Source: Ginglymostoma cirratum
Lineage: Eukaryota
DNA: 64,000 nt
Assembly: GCA_024137785.1 (NCBI GenBank)
Contig: JAHRHZ010000009.1
Coordinates: 13,869,477 to 13,933,476, forward strand
Reading direction: 5' to 3'
The translations under genes were made by a program, and so were the position numbers. Of this stretch, positions 1 to 14,004 are shown piece after piece. Positions within the stretch are counted from its first letter, which is position 1; each line of letters starts with the position of its first letter. The notes under the pieces are model-generated. The model ran no database searches. It saw only the letters and a list, made by a program, of their open reading frames with translations, and was not told the DNA's origin.

Positions 1-455
1 AGCAAAGCTCAGCACAAACTGGAAGAACAGCATCTGTATTTCCACTTGGGAACCCTGCAGCCTTCAGGACTCAATATTGAGTACAATAATGTTATGGCCT
101 GAGAACCTTCTTCAATGTCCTTTACCGACCCCACATCCCAGGTCCTGTCATCACATGGGGCTGCTTTCAGCACAGCCAACCCACTTTTATGGTCCCCGTT
201 ATCAGCTTTTCTTTCTCCCTGACTTATTATCATCATCCCTTCATCTGCCTAACTTTCTTTCTCTCCCTCTGGGCTCCATCTATCACATACTCCTTTATCC
301 TCTCACCCCCTGTCTTCAGCACATAAGCCACCTTTTCCTAGCCACTATTCATTCTGAAGAAGGGTCACTGGACCTGAAACATTAACTCTGCTTTCTCTCC
401 ACAGATGTGGTCAGGCCTGCTGAGTTTTTTTTTAGCAATTTCTGTTTCCGTGCCA
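1..455 (+). mobile_element. Penelope-like element 3' fragment with hammerhead-like motif
   Basis: Translates to QHKLEEQHLYFHLGTLQPSGLNIE, matching the C-terminus of the GIY-YIG ORF at 39717-40064. Followed by CTGAAGA-AGGGTC-actg-GACCT-GAAAC at 354-380. Confidence 0.8.
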
Positions 456-1198
456 GAATCCTTCCTTGTTTAATTAATAATGTATGCATCGTATGGTTTG
501 ATGGTTTAAAGGGGTCCTTTACCAAATGGCTTTACAAATGAAGCTGCTTGTTTATTTCTAAACAAACCTTTCTTCGATTTGTTATTTTATCTGTTCTTGT
601 GAGAAAGAATGATACTGTGGTGTGCTGCTGTAGAGCGGAGACAAGATCAAACCTTCCAACTGGTCACTAAAATTAAATCGACCACCCTGAACTTTCTGAC
701 TTACAGCCAGAGGGAGAACTTAGAACAGACAGGAGTCTGCAACCTATTGCAATCAACCTGGCTGGATATGAATCTTTAGATTTGTTCCTCATACAAAAGC
801 TAATCAGCATCTGCATGAATAGAAGATGGAAAAGGGATTTTCATAAAACCAGAACTAAAATGAGCAGGGATTGTGATGCAAATTCATAGCCCATGGGAAT
901 TGTTCTATATTAGACCAATGCCGTGTTTCCCTTCAGTGTGTCCTTTGATCTCTCTTCCTTCCATAACCGTTTTGTTAAAGCTGCCTGCTTCTGTAGGGAT
1001 CAGGTTTAGGACTTGGGTTAGGGCGATGACATAAATTTAAGGCAACCGGCAAAAAAACCTCGAGGAGGGATGAGAAGCGTTGTTTTAATGCAGAGTTGTT
1101 TTGAACTGGAACACACCGTCTGAGACCATGGTGGAAACAATATAGTGATTTTCAAAAGACAACTGGATAAATACTCGAAAAGAGGAAGCTTAGCAGAG

Positions 1199-1317
1199 AT
1201 GATGTGGAGGTGCTGGTGTCGGACTGGGGTGGACAAGGTCAAAAATCACACGACACCAGGTTATAGTCCAACAGGTTTATTTGAAATCGCAAGCTTTCGA
1301 AACTCAGCTCCTTTCTC
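1199..1317 (-). mobile_element. Penelope-type terminal fragment (family 2)
   Basis: gacaccaggttatagtccaacaggtttatttgaaatc is shared with the palindromic element at 54287-54501. Confidence 0.6.
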
Positions 1318-2660
1318 ATAGTGTGAGAGACAGGGTATAAGGCACAGAACTTACAAGTGTTTTTACATTTCTGCTTCTAAATTCCGTGACTTATACCAGA
1401 TCCAGGGCTGATGGACTCGAGACACACCCGGCATTGAGAAAATTAGAGAACCTGAATTCCTATAGAGCCTTTCGTCACTACAGAACATTCCAAAGTGTTT
1501 CACAGCTGGTGCAGTACTGATTTGAAATCTGGGCACTCGTAAATTAGGATACTCATCATCCAACATGTGCACAGCAAGACCCCATAAACATTAACAAGAT
1601 AATGGACAGTTATTTGCTTTTTTTTAAAATGATGTTTGTTGAGGAATAAATATTTGGCGGAAGTCTGGGACTAATGTCCTCCTGTTTGTTTCCAAAACAT
1701 GTGTTGGGAGGTCTGTTGGGATTTTGGTTTAACATGGAGTCTCGCACATAGAGGATCTCTACTCGTCCCCATGCTTGAAACATAAAATAAAGTCCAATCC
1801 TGTATTAGGACAGGAATAAAGCCAACGCGGTGATAGTGTTCAATAAAATACGAGGCTGAGGATGTGCAATGATTGTGCTCTTCCTGGTAGCTCATCCAGT
1901 TCCACATTCTGTGTGATAAATATTTTGCCTGGAGTGTGTAAGAGTGTTGCCAACTCGGGCTGGACAGATTCCTAGAGTTTTAACCACATGACCTTCCACC
2001 TCCTTTGGTCCCACTACTGGCCACCTAACATAGTCACCGTCACAGCCCCCGTCCCTCTGTCATCCCATCGGAAACAAGCAGACTCGTCTTTACCCGGTTA
2101 AATGGTTGTTAACAGCTTTTTAAAGCTCTCGCATTCCTGGATCCAGATCCAGTCACCCTGAGCAGATTGCAGACAGCAGACAGAACATCAAAACCTTAAA
2201 GCTGAAACTTTATCAGCACAACAAAAAGAACAGGGAGAAAGCTAGCTACAGGAGCTTGAGAACACTCTTACTGCTAAGTACTTGGTTTCAGACTCTGGTA
2301 AAAGCACAAGCCCTTCATAAGTTGTTTCACATGCTTACGGTGAGATGGAGAAGCCAGTTACAGCTGCAGCTTCAATTGCCAAGTAAGAAAATTGTGGTTT
2401 GTATTGACTTAGAAACCAGAGTTATACTAATTCCCAGGTACAGTAGGCATAGGGCATCTACAACTACTTTCTGAAGGGCAACAAGTGGTGTGCAATATGT
2501 GTCAACCTTGCCACTGATACCCACACTCTGAGAATGAATTAAAAAAGGAACTGGAACATAAAGCAGAGGCCAGCTGTCTTTTGGTGTTGATCTAAATGAT
2601 GGTGATTGGAAGAAATAAGGATTATTCTTTTTTCCCTCTCTGGTCCTTTTCTCGGTACTG

Positions 2661-2995
2661 TAGAATCCCTACAGTGTGGAAGCAGGCCATTCAGCCCATC
2701 AAGTCCACACCAACCCTCTGAACAGCATCCCACCCAGACCCATGCACCCCTAACTTATCCCTGTAACTCTGCTAATCCATCTAGCCTGCACATCCCTGGA
2801 CACTATGGGCAATTTAGCAGAGCCTATCCACCTAGCCTGCACATCTTTGTGACAAAACCAGAGGACCCAGAAAACCCATGCAGACACAGGGAGAATGTGC
2901 AAACTCCACACAGACAGTCACCCAAGGCTGAAATCGAACCCACATCACTGGAGCTGTGAGGCAGCAATGTTAACCACTGAGCCACTGTGTTGCCC
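2661..2995 (-). mobile_element. HE1-like tRNA-derived V-SINE
   Basis: Minus strand has a tRNA-like head (gtggctcagtggtta...gggttcgatttc), V-domain-like gtctgtgtggagtttgcacattctccc and a CR1-type tail; multiple copies in the window. Confidence 0.85.
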
Positions 2996-4249
2996 CTATG
3001 CTGTAGCATGTCATACCATCACATAGTTTTGTATGGCCTCGAGGTGAAAAATGTACCCAGAGTAACTTTATTGGTGAGTAGGCATAAGAAGACATATTAA
3101 CACAGCACACGTACACACAGAATAAGAAGTGAGTCCAAAAAAAAGGTAAAAGTTAAAAAATCTATGAAGGTCAGTCTCTGAGTCATTCATGAAGCGAGAT
3201 TAGAGAATTAGAATTCGCTGTTACAGTGCATGTTATCATTTTTGGTATTGGTGGTTGGACAGTTAATTCTGAGATCTATGGCTTTGTAGGTTGATTTAAA
3301 TTCCCTCGTCCTCTTACCTTTGACTGACTTGCTGGCTTCAAGCATTCAGAGTGTGAGTGCCCTTTTCCTGCAGTCCAGGTGTGACTAGTGGGTGGTGCTT
3401 GCACAGTGACCATCACAGCACATTAGTTGTTGAATCATACCCACTTCCATTAGCACACACAAATCTGGGTTGAACTGGCTTGTATTAGGGCCTTTCTTCA
3501 GGATTCTTGAAACGGGTAGAAACTAAGTAGGTCTTTCGCCACATCGGCTGCATTTTCCCCTGTCATGGTCACTGTCTGAGGTAATTCTGAGGAGATTACA
3601 GTTCAGTTTGTAATCATTTCTTCCATCTAACACCATCTCTTTGAAGCTTCCTTGACACTTTATCAGTTGTGATATTCCAGGTTGTCTCTCTCCACCCAGG
3701 CATCGTATTTACATTCATATTCAGTTTGGCTGTGTCGGGCCTCTTTTAAAAAAACACACATGTTGGAATTAAAATTTGATATGTTCGGAGGTAATTCAGG
3801 ATTACGAACCCTATTCATTAAAATATTAGTGCTGCAACCCAGGTAATTAAAACAGTGACCACCAGTCATCCCCTTACTATTTATGGGAGCATCCTGGGCA
3901 CAAATTTCCAGGAAATTCAACCTAATTTATGCCGGTCTTAATCTTAGGAATATATTGGAAGCCATTGTGTTACAAACTATTTAGTGTTATCCTCCTCAGG
4001 GTGTAGATATGGTGTTTGTGACTTCTTAGACATGATTAAGTGGGGAGACAGTGAAAGACACTAAGAATGAACAGAGTTTTTCCATTAATTCATATTTTGA
4101 ATAGCTGAAGCTCTTGACAATGATTGGTTTCACAGTAGAGCAGTCAATGCAGTTCCTCCGCTGTGAGCTGTGCATGCTGGGTTGTGTTCAGGGCAGTGGT
4201 TTAGAAATATTCATGCATCTGCTGCCCTCTAGAGTAGATCCCAAGTATG

Positions 4250-4445
4250 TACAAAGGAAACAAAAGGAACTGGGCAAACATTTATCCCTAACCCAATTAA
4301 AGATCATCGCTTCATTATCTCATTACTGTTTGTGGGAGGTGGCTGTGTGTAGGCTGGCTGAAGTATTTCCTATGTTACAAACTGATAACACTTCAAAAGT
4401 GGTTCATTGGTTGGGAATGGTGCTAAAGAAATGTAAGTTCTACTT
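4250..4445 (+). mobile_element. DeuSINE/SacSINE1-like fragment
   Basis: cattactgtttgtgggagg...tttcctatgttacaa...cacttcaaaag resembles the recalled SacSINE1 3' half; related minus-strand copies near 1490, 22600 and 55260. Confidence 0.5.
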
Positions 4446-5894
4446 GTCTTTTTCTCCGCCTTTAGCCATTCGTTAAGACTCACCCCTGTTTGTCTCAGAA
4501 ATTGGCTTAGAGTCCATTTTTGTGTTCAACACTTGGCTGAAGCATTTTGCAATACTTTTCCTTTATTAAAGAGGCTTTATAAATTTTTGGTATTTTTGGA
4601 ATGTCTCTGAGGCACTTGCACTGAGACTGGTACTGGAGCCTGACTTGAGGATAAACATATTGAAAGGAGAAGAACGAGGAGGTTGATGGGGACTTGCAAC
4701 AGGAACATTGCATACAGATCATAACCCAGTCATTTGTTCACATGTGCTCTGGCAGAAAGCTTTGTTTGCTGATGCTTCATCCAGAGGTGTCTCTGTCACT
4801 GGTGGTTTACCGTTGCTTTCTACACATGGGCAGGTTGAGGAGGCAAGTCCCAAAGTCAAAGTGAGCTGGAGCAGGAATTGGAAGTATGTTGTTGGTGTTA
4901 TCATGGCCCACACACTGGCCGACTGTGCTAACCTGTAACAAGATAAACCTGAGCACATTGGATGCCAATGAAGCAAAAGTCAGCAATCTTTAATAGTAAC
5001 AATGTGGATCGTGTGTGTTGCTGTCATACTGAGAAAGATGGGAGACACTTCACTGATGGTGCAGGAGGAGTCCATTCAGCCCTGTGCTGGCCCTTTGAAA
5101 CAGCTATTGATTTCATCTCCAAGGTGACCAGTTTAAAGATGCTTCAAGTGTTTGCAAGTATTACACAATAATGAGATTCTCTACCAATCCTGTCATAGTG
5201 CAGTGAATTTTTCGGATGAACCTGAACACCTGTTTTGGTTCTGTGATTCAATATTTTCACCTTCCTCCTCCTCCTTCACATCCCAGTTCTGGTCCTCTTT
5301 CTCACTGTTCCCCTTTCCTTACACCCCTCTGTGCTGAATTACCCTTCTTCATTTTCATCTCATTCCAATCCTTTATCCATCTCCCATTTCTTTGCTTTAA
5401 GTTTCCATGCCTCTTCCTCAAAGCAACTCCTTCCCTTTCCTCTCCAGTTTTCCCTCTCGATTCTCTTTCTCCCACTTCCGTAACTTATGCCTCCTTCGCT
5501 GACTTGTCATTGACACACGTGGTAAGCATGAGCAGTGAAAATGATGGTTTTAAACGGGGTGGGGGGGGAGATTGCGCGACAGTCTCCATCGGTGCCCTGG
5601 TGAATTTATAGTTGGAAGGTAACTTCCCCACCCCAGTGGTGAGTTTAGAGATGTCTGGTGTGAGTTTGGCTCCAAATGTGTTGTTTTACCTGATGTGGTG
5701 ATGCTTACATTGTCTCCCAAGTCATAAGAAGGTGAGCATGAATGTTGTGACATTGAAGAACCCAACTGGCATTCATCATAATGTATCCTCTCCAGGGAGT
5801 AGAGTTGCACATGGCGTCTCTAGGAATTAAGATCAATCTCCTAGACACTGATGTGCGCAATCCTGGCTAGCCAGCAGGAAGGAAAGTATGCATA

Positions 5895-7130
5895 TGTGGG
5901 TCACTTTCTGGTTGGCAAGGTGGAATGAGTGGTGTGCCACAGGGAACAGTGCTGGGGCCTAAACATTTTACCGTTTACATAAGGGGCTGTTTCCATGCTG
6001 TATGACTCTATGACTCTATGTAAATGATCTGGACGAAGGGGCTAAATGTATTGTTGCGAAATTTGCAGATAATATGAAGATCAATAGGAAAGTAAAAAAA
6101 ATGAACAGGACATGAGGATACGACAGAGGGAGCACATTGTAGATGACTGAGATGCAGAGGGATCTGGGTGATCTATTGGATGAATTGTAAAAGGTGAGTG
6201 TTGCAAGTGCAACAAATCATAAATGAAGCTGGTAGAATGTTAGCATTTATTGTGAGGAGAATTCAATGCAAGAGTAGGGAGATTATGCTTCAGTTATACA
6301 CAGCATTGGTGAGAGCACATTTGTAGTGCTAGACTCCTTACTTAAGGTAGGATGTAAACGTATTGGAAGTATTCGGAGAATGTATCTTCAACTAGTACCT
6401 GGAATAATTGTTTTTTAATTAAGGTGAGAGGTTGGATAGGCTGGTTTGTATCAATTGGAGTTCAGAAGAATCCACACAGTGTGGAAAAAGGCAATTCAGC
6501 CCAACAACTCTGTAAAGAGCACCCTGACCAGACTCACCCCACTACCCTGTATCCCCCAAAGTTAATCCACCCTTTCTAGGCATTCCTGGACAATAGGAGA
6601 AATCTAGCATGGCCAATCCACCTAACCTACACATCTTTGGGCTGTGGGAGGTAACCAGAGCACCCACACACAGACACAGGGAGAATGTGCAAACTCTACA
6701 CAGATAGTTGCCTGAGGCTAGGATTGAACCTGGGTCCTAGGTGTTGTCAGGCAGCAGTGCTAACCACTGTGCCAAGGTATTTTGATTGAACCAAGTGAGA
6801 GGATCCTGAGGGATGGGTATGAAAAGGAAGTTTCTCCCTGTGGGAGAATCTAGAACAAGGTATTACTGTTTAAATTAAGAGTAAAAAATTGTTTAAAATT
6901 GAGATGAGCAGAAATTGCTTATATCAGAGGATTGTGAATCTTTGGACCTCTCTTCCTCAAAAGGCAGTGGAAAGAGTTCTTGAATATTTTTGAGACAGAG
7001 GTGGACAGATTCTCGTTCAGCAAGAGGGTGAAAGTTTGTTGGAGCCAGGCAGTAATGTGGTGTAATCAGATCAACCGTGATCTTTTGAATGGTAGAACAG
7101 TTGGAGAGGCCTTTGCGTCTGATTCATATG
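5895..7130 (+). mobile_element. degraded CR1 LINE (RT/3' end) interrupted by an HE1-like SINE
   Basis: agtggtgtgccacagggaacagtgctggggcc (SGVPQGTVLGP) and aaatttgcagataatatgaag (KFADxxK) RT motifs; SINE inserted at 6468-6773. Confidence 0.8.
6468..6773 (-). mobile_element. HE1-like SINE
   Basis: Same family as 2661-2995. Confidence 0.8.
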
Positions 7131-8749
7131 TTTGTCATTTGGTCATTTTATTTGAGCATTTCTCTTTGCCAGATATAAACATCCTGAAAATAGCAGGAAA
7201 CGATGGGTTGACATTGAAGCATATCCAATTGGGTGATGGGGCCTTTTGCTTTCTAATTGGTATAGAAAGGCAGTGTCTCATGGGGATTAATGCATCAGCC
7301 AACTAATGGTGTCGAAGCAGGTCTTGTGATAAAACCTACAGGAATACATTTAATTGCTGGTCTGCAAAGGCAGGTTCTCACTTTAGGTCTGAGAGTGAGG
7401 CTATGAGCCTCCCAGTTATTCAGTTTGGACGGAGGCTTCCTGACTCTGGAGAAACCTGGTAGCTAATCCCAGACGTGGATTGTAAGGGTCTCTTTGCCTC
7501 TCACCTGTGAACCTGCATGTGTAACCTGCTCTGTCAGGCCCCTGACTCCCACTTCAATCCTTCCTATTCATGCCAACACATTGACCCTTTCCATGGGGCC
7601 TCCAACATAGGGCATGAGAGAACCCAAATGTCCAGATAACCTCCTCCCTCCATTGAAACCCCTGACGTTGCCTATGTCCTCCTCATTCCCTGTGATCCAG
7701 GTATATCAATAAATACTTCATAGTACGGAATATAAACCATTTTAAAGTAGACAAGGTGTTGAAGATTTCACTTTGCACATTATCAGAACTAGCATGACAG
7801 AAACAGACTTGTACAGACTTTTCTACAGGATAAGATGAGGCTGTTTGTTAATTGAGTTGTCATAAAAGGTGCCATGGAGACAGCCAATCCCAGCTGTGTC
7901 CCATGGCAGCACCATGACCAATCAGAATGTACCTACCTACCCTATGAATTAAAGATTGACAGTTAAATGTTCATGCTGCACTTCCATGCCATTGATGGCC
8001 CAACCAATCAGTGCTCTCTAATGTACAAAACAGTGTCTCTTTGTTCAAATCTGTACCTTGAGTCCTAGTTCTGATAAGTTTAGGATGAAAAGCTTCAAAC
8101 TCTTGTCTCCTTTTAGCACCAGTTAAGTCCCTGTGATCTTCTCTCCTCTTGTCCCGTCAGGACAGCAAGTTAAAATCTAGCCCCGTGTGACTGTAGAGTA
8201 CACAGGCTGACTGTGACAGGGGATGTTGAATTAGGGAACATTCTGTCAAAGAAAGAGGTCATTTGGCCCTTTGAGCCTGTATCTCCACAACAAAGTCTAA
8301 TCTTGCCTGGTCCCCATTTGCTGGCCATAATCCTTCACATACTTATCACTTTCTAAATACATTGTTTGAAGTTCTCCTTCAAATGTTGTCTTAAAGTTGT
8401 CCTCTCTCCTACAGTCTTACTGATGCTCTCAGCCCGTCTCTCTCTTTCCTTTCCAGACACTCCTCAGAACCTAACTTTTTGATTAAGCTTTTGATCATAT
8501 ATCCTACAATGTCTATATGTGGTTCTCTACTGAACTTCATATTGCTTTGTGAATTATCTTGCGGTATTGTATAATGTCAAAAGCTCCTTAATACACACAT
8601 GTTGATGCTGTTGGAGCAAGTATTTCAGACTGCGATTAGTTATTGAGTAGAGATTTCATAGCCTCCTTTCCCATACATATCAGCGATTGTTGCAAAATTA
8701 TGCTCCGCCAACCCATGATCTTCAATCTATAAACTTTAACAGATGAACA

Positions 8750-9024
8750 TACTCCCACCGCGGTAGAATTTGAATCCAATGAAATTCTGGATTATACAGT
8801 CAAACGATGACTGTAAAACCATTGTTGATTTTTGGGTAAAACCCATCTGGTTTCACTAATGTCCTTTAGGGAAGGAAACTGTCATCTTCACCTGGTCTGG
8901 CCTACATGTGACTCCCGACCCACAGCAATGTGGCTGACTCTTTACTTGCACCCTGGGCAATTAGGGACAGGCAATAAATGCTGACCTAGCCAGTGATATC
9001 ATCATCCCATGAATGAAGAAAAAA
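8750..9024 (+). mobile_element. tRNA-derived SINE family 2 (5'-truncated)
   Basis: agggaaggaaa...cctggtctggcctacatgtgactcc..gacccacagcaatgtgg core and ggcaataaatgct tail shared with 20715-21075. Confidence 0.75.
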
Positions 9025-9685
9025 GAGTCTGAGTGTACACTATCTCTGTGATACGGGCCCCCTGTATTACAGAGAGAGCTGTGCAACATGACTGTAGTCC
9101 CCAAATGTTTGCAGGTTAATCCAGCAACATTTTCTTTTAAAATCGACCTATTCAGACGTATAATGATAAAACTCCAGAGGAAGGTGGGACTCAAACATGG
9201 ACGTTTTAACTCTGCAATGGTGATAAAACCATCGCACCACAACAGTAGCTTTCTTCAAGTTTCTGTTTTTCCTTCTGGAGTTGCATGTTTGAGTAACAGA
9301 AGATTGACTGTTGAGAAAATCGAGGTTCAATGGGATGGATTTTGGTTTGAATTGAATGAGGAACAAAGATATTTATGACATTGATTCACATCTTCTAAGG
9401 GCTTGCTTTGCAGGGGATTGTGTTGTAGTTTTCCTGTTTGTGAAACAATGTTATCTTTGATTCATTCTTAAGTTTTTTTTTAATGGCCCTGTGCTGCTCT
9501 CACATATATTTGCCAAAATGAGAACAGTAGAGATATTAACAGAAAACTTTGGAAAAAGCACTTGTGGTTTTCAAATGTTTAGTTCTATTCCTGTGTGAAT
9601 CAGCTGAGAGAGCGTGAGAAGGACATGGTGGGATGCTTCATCTAATAGCTTTCTGGGAGACTCATTTTAGCCATCAATCTGCAGA

Positions 9686-10020
9686 TTTTTTTTTTATATA
9701 TGTGCGCACGGGATGTGAGTATCGTTGGCTGTGCCAGTATTTATTACCCGTCCCAAGTTGCCTTTGAGAAGTTGGTGCTGAACTGTTTTCTTGAACAGTC
9801 CCCATATTAAAGATCCACAGTGACATTAGGGAGGGAGTTCTAGAATTTTGACCCAGCATCAGTGAAGGAAATGCAATATATTTCCAAGTCAGGTTGGTGA
9901 GTGGTTTGGAGAGGAAGTTACAGGTGGTGTTCTGCTGTATCTGGTGCCTTTGTCCTTCTAGGTAGAAGTGGTCATGGGTTTGGAAGGTGCCGTTGGAGGA
10001 CACCTGGTGAGTTTTTGCAG
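9686..10020 (-). mobile_element. LINE 3' fragment (L2/CR1 clade)
   Basis: gggatgtgag...ccagtatttattacccgtccc tail is the reverse complement of the SINE family 2 tail; similar copies at 17435, 49040 and 55420. Confidence 0.65.
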
Positions 10021-10464
10021 TGCATTAAACTCAATGCCAGGGCATTTCAAAAGTGCCAGGATAATGGTGATGGCTTGCTGTAAATTGGGTGCGAGTGTCC
10101 ATGGTTAGTAAAACTTGGATAGGATGAGTTTCTGCTGAAATTATAATTTTATGGCTTGATATTAATACTCTAGGAAACATAGGATCCAAACATGGCAATT
10201 TGAGTATCTGAATAAGGGTTTTTTTTTGAGAAAAAGCCCTTGAAATTAAGAAATGCAAACAGTCCCAGCAATCCAGTTTATCCTGGATAACCATCTTTAG
10301 TGAACAAAGAACAGATCTCTTCAACAAAAACAATGACAAAGGTGCAGTTTAAACTGGATTAAATTCACTCCAATTTTGGGATTTCAAGGAGAGTACACAT
10401 AATGTTAGAGAAGGATGTCAAATCTCCCAACATAGCCTTCACTCGCTCGCCACAAAGAAGCACT

Positions 10465-11235
10465 TACACACACACACACCCAGAAACACACACACACTCT
10501 CACACGCACACACACCCATCCACACCCCCACGCACACATGCCCNNNNNNNNNNNNNNNNNNNNNNNNNNNNNNNNNNNNNNNNNNNNNNNNNNNNNNNNN
10601 NNNNNNNNNNNNNNNNNNNNNNNNNNNNNNNNNNNNNNNNNNNNNNNNNNNNNNNNNNNNNNNNNNNNNNNNNNNNNNNNNNNNNNNNNNNNNNNNNNNN
10701 NNNNNNNNNNNNNNNNNNNNNNNNNNNNNNNNNNNNNNNNNNNNNNNNNNNNNNNNNNNNNNNNNNNNCACAGCCCCACGCACACATGCCCACCCACACA
10801 CACAAACACACATCCCCACACACACACACACTCACACAACCACACCCACTCCCACCCACACACACACACCCACACACACNNNNNNNNNNNNNNNNNNNNN
10901 NNNNNNNNNNNNNNNNNNNNNNNNNNNNNNNNNNNNNNNNNNNNNNNNNNNNNNNNNNNNNNNNNNNNNNNNNNNNNNNACCCACAGCCCCACGCACACA
11001 TGCCCACCCACACACACAAACACACATCCCCACACACACACACTCACACNNNNNNNNNNNNNNNNNNNNNNNNNNNNNNNNNNNNNNNNNNNNNNNNNNN
11101 NNNNNNNNNNNNNNNNNNNNNNNNNNNNNNNNNNNNNNNNNNNNNNNNNNNNNNNNNNNNNNNNNNNNNNNNNNNNNNNNNNNNNNNNNNNNNNNNNNNN
11201 NNNNNNNNNNNNNNNNNNNNNNNNNNNNNNNNNNN
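10465..11235. repeat. (CA)n-rich compound microsatellite with assembly gaps
   Basis: cacacacaccc-type repeats flanking N runs. Confidence 0.9.
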
Positions 11236-12453
11236 TCTGCCCTCTTTGTGACTCCAGTCACACATTGAGTCACTCATTAACAGAATGGAAGCAGATTTAT
11301 GTAAATTATTAATGAATGGTAAAGCCTTTGATTTAGAGCCAGTAAGTTCCTGCTGAATGGCAGGGCTGTGCATACAGATTGATCCTGGCTGTATTCAGGA
11401 CTGTGGTGCACTCTGAAGTCAAACATCACAGTGACTTCAAGACTGACAGCATAAGGAGGTGGTGACTCTGCTGGGGCCCCTGGAAATGCCAATCCAAAGG
11501 AAAGTCAACGAGGCAGGAAATTAAAATCCACCAGAAATGCGTGCGAATCACCTCATGTTGTACCTTTTCTGTCTCCAACAGGCATGCCATGGTTGTACAT
11601 CAACTTCCAAATGCGATTGCAGTGGTGTGAAAGGAGAAAAGGTCAGTTCTATAAACTCTTAACCATGAACAAACTGGTTTACTCTTGCTTCAGTGCGGAA
11701 ACAGTAAATTGGTGCTCTTGTTAATGACTGTGACTTTCCCCATCCAAATCTTTGCGGATGAGTCCCATCAGCTGCTCCCCCAGCGTGGAGCACTCCAAAA
11801 GATGCTAAGGGTCCACCTCAAGATCACTGTAAAACTGCAGTGCGGTCACTTCTCCAATCCCAAACCCCAGAGGTTGTGAACTGAGACTGGCACATGTTGG
11901 CAACCCTGCCCAGGCTCCACAATCTTTCTGGGCCTGGCTGTCATCGTGGGGCACAGACGTCGGTGCAGGGCTCGAGGGGAGAGCTGCCTGACAGCAGATA
12001 TGTCACAAGCCCTACCTGTCATGTAGCCTCCTGTCACACTCCGCCTGTCATACTCCCACCTGGGGGTCACTCTTCACCTGTCACACACTGTCCTGGGCAT
12101 CATGTTCCAGTCTGTCACACTCTTGCCTGTCACCCACCCACCTGTCAGTCACAATTGCACCAGGACTCTCCTGCCACATGGCCCCCTGCAGCATTCAGCT
12201 TTGTGGGGTCTCAGTCTACTTCCCTTAATCCCATCTGGGCACCACAACCCCACATAGGAGGGAGGTAGGGGTGTCCATCCTAGCTGTTGTATACCCGCTT
12301 GTCACTCTCATGCCTGTCAAAACCCACCAGGGTAGTTGGGGGGAGGTCACACCCTTCACCTGCCCCCCCAAAAGAGTTGATATTCAGAGTGGAAAGTGAA
12401 CCAAATCAACATTGGTGATGGCCCTACCCCAAACTCCAACCTACTTCCCCAAT

Positions 12454-13002
12454 CCTCCACTGCGCCATCCTCCACTGCCCCATCTCCCACTGTTCCATGC
12501 CCATCTGCCCCATCCTCCACTGCCCCATCCTCCACTGCCCCATCCTCCACTGCCCAAACTCCCACTGCCCCATCTCCCACTACCCCATCTCCCACTGCCC
12601 CATGCCCGTCTGCCCCATCTCCCACTGCCCCATCTCCNNNNNNNNNNTCTGCCCCATCTCCCACTGCCCCATCTCCCACTGCCCTATCCTCCACTGATCC
12701 ACCTCCTGCTGCCCCATCTTCCACTGCCCCATCCTCCACTGCCCCATCTCCCACTGCCCCATGCCCGCCTGTCCCATCTCCCACTGCCCTATCTCCCACT
12801 GCCTCATCCTCCACTGCCCCATCTCCCACTGCCCCATCTCCCACTGCCCCANNNNNNNNNNTCCACTGCCCCATCTCCCACTGCCCCATCTCCCACTGCC
12901 CCATGCCCATCTGCCCCATGTCCACCTGATCTCCCACTGCCCCATTTCCCACTGCCCCATTGCTGCATTTTCCCCCACTGCCTCATTTTCCCCCACTGCC
13001 TC
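12454..13002. repeat. 15-bp minisatellite (ccactgccccatctc variants)
   Basis: Direct tandem repeats; explains the TAPSP/GDGAV ORFs. Confidence 0.95.
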
Positions 13003-14004
13003 AATCTTCGCTGCTCCATACCTGACATTCCTTCTCCCACCGTCTGGGATTTCAAAAGCCTCATTCCATTTCCCAGGGTCTGAGGAGGAGGAGGAGAAGN
13101 NNNNNNNNNNNNNNNNNNNNNNNNNNNNNNNNNNNNNNNNNNNNNNNNNNNNNNNNNNNNNNNNNNNNNNNNNNNNNNNNNNNNNNNNNNNNNNNNNNNN
13201 NNNNNNNNNNNNNNNNNNNNNNNNNNNNNNNNNNNNNNNNNNNNTCAGTCAGATACTGACCTCAAAGCATTGACCCTTTGAGCAACCCTAAGGCTACTGC
13301 AGCTTTTCAACACTGAGTGTTACTAAAGGGGACTGTGTTCAACATAAAGGTTTGATTACAGCACGCCTATAGTGTAAGGCTAACATCACAATGAAACAGC
13401 TCACACTCTAACACTACAAGCTCACAATGGGTTGTGGGAAGTGAACTGTTCCTTTCTCAGATGTCTTTTTTGATGTGAACACAAAGTGACAAGGTCTGGA
13501 GCAGTGAATGAAAGTGTGGAAATGGAGGATTTTCTTTTTAACCAGCAGCGGTCAGCCTGGTTCACTGAGCTGATTCCAGACATCTGGAAATGCTTTTTTT
13601 TTTGTTGAGAAATCAGATTGTCTGACATCCACTGAGTATTTGTAGCATTTCCGTGCAAACAAACTCACGGGATTCAGTGGTGGAGTGAATGTCAAACTGA
13701 CCAACAGACTGGCAGTAACGTTCCTTTGCCAATGTCAACTCCCACAACATTGCCCATAACTTGATTCCACTGTGGGCTTTCTGTTTCCCAGTATGGATGT
13801 TAAGCAGAGAATACTCCACATAAGAGAAAGGTTAGCAGGTGGGTTTCACTCTTTAATGGGCAATAACTTCATAAGAACCTGTCTGTCATAATATTTCCCA
13901 TTGGATTCCAATGAGGAAACTGACACTTCAGCAGCAAGATACATAAATGTGCCCCTTAAATGTGATCTGATGGGATGATTAGCAGCTGTCTTCTTAAATA
14001 AGGG

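Noticed and set aside
10402-11373. ORFs of 200-290 aa
   Set aside because: Made of CA repeats and N gaps.
12356-13273. Long mucin- or extensin-like ORFs (TAPSP, LPHLP, GDGAV)
   Set aside because: Open in nearly all frames because of a 15-bp minisatellite; no splice or start context.
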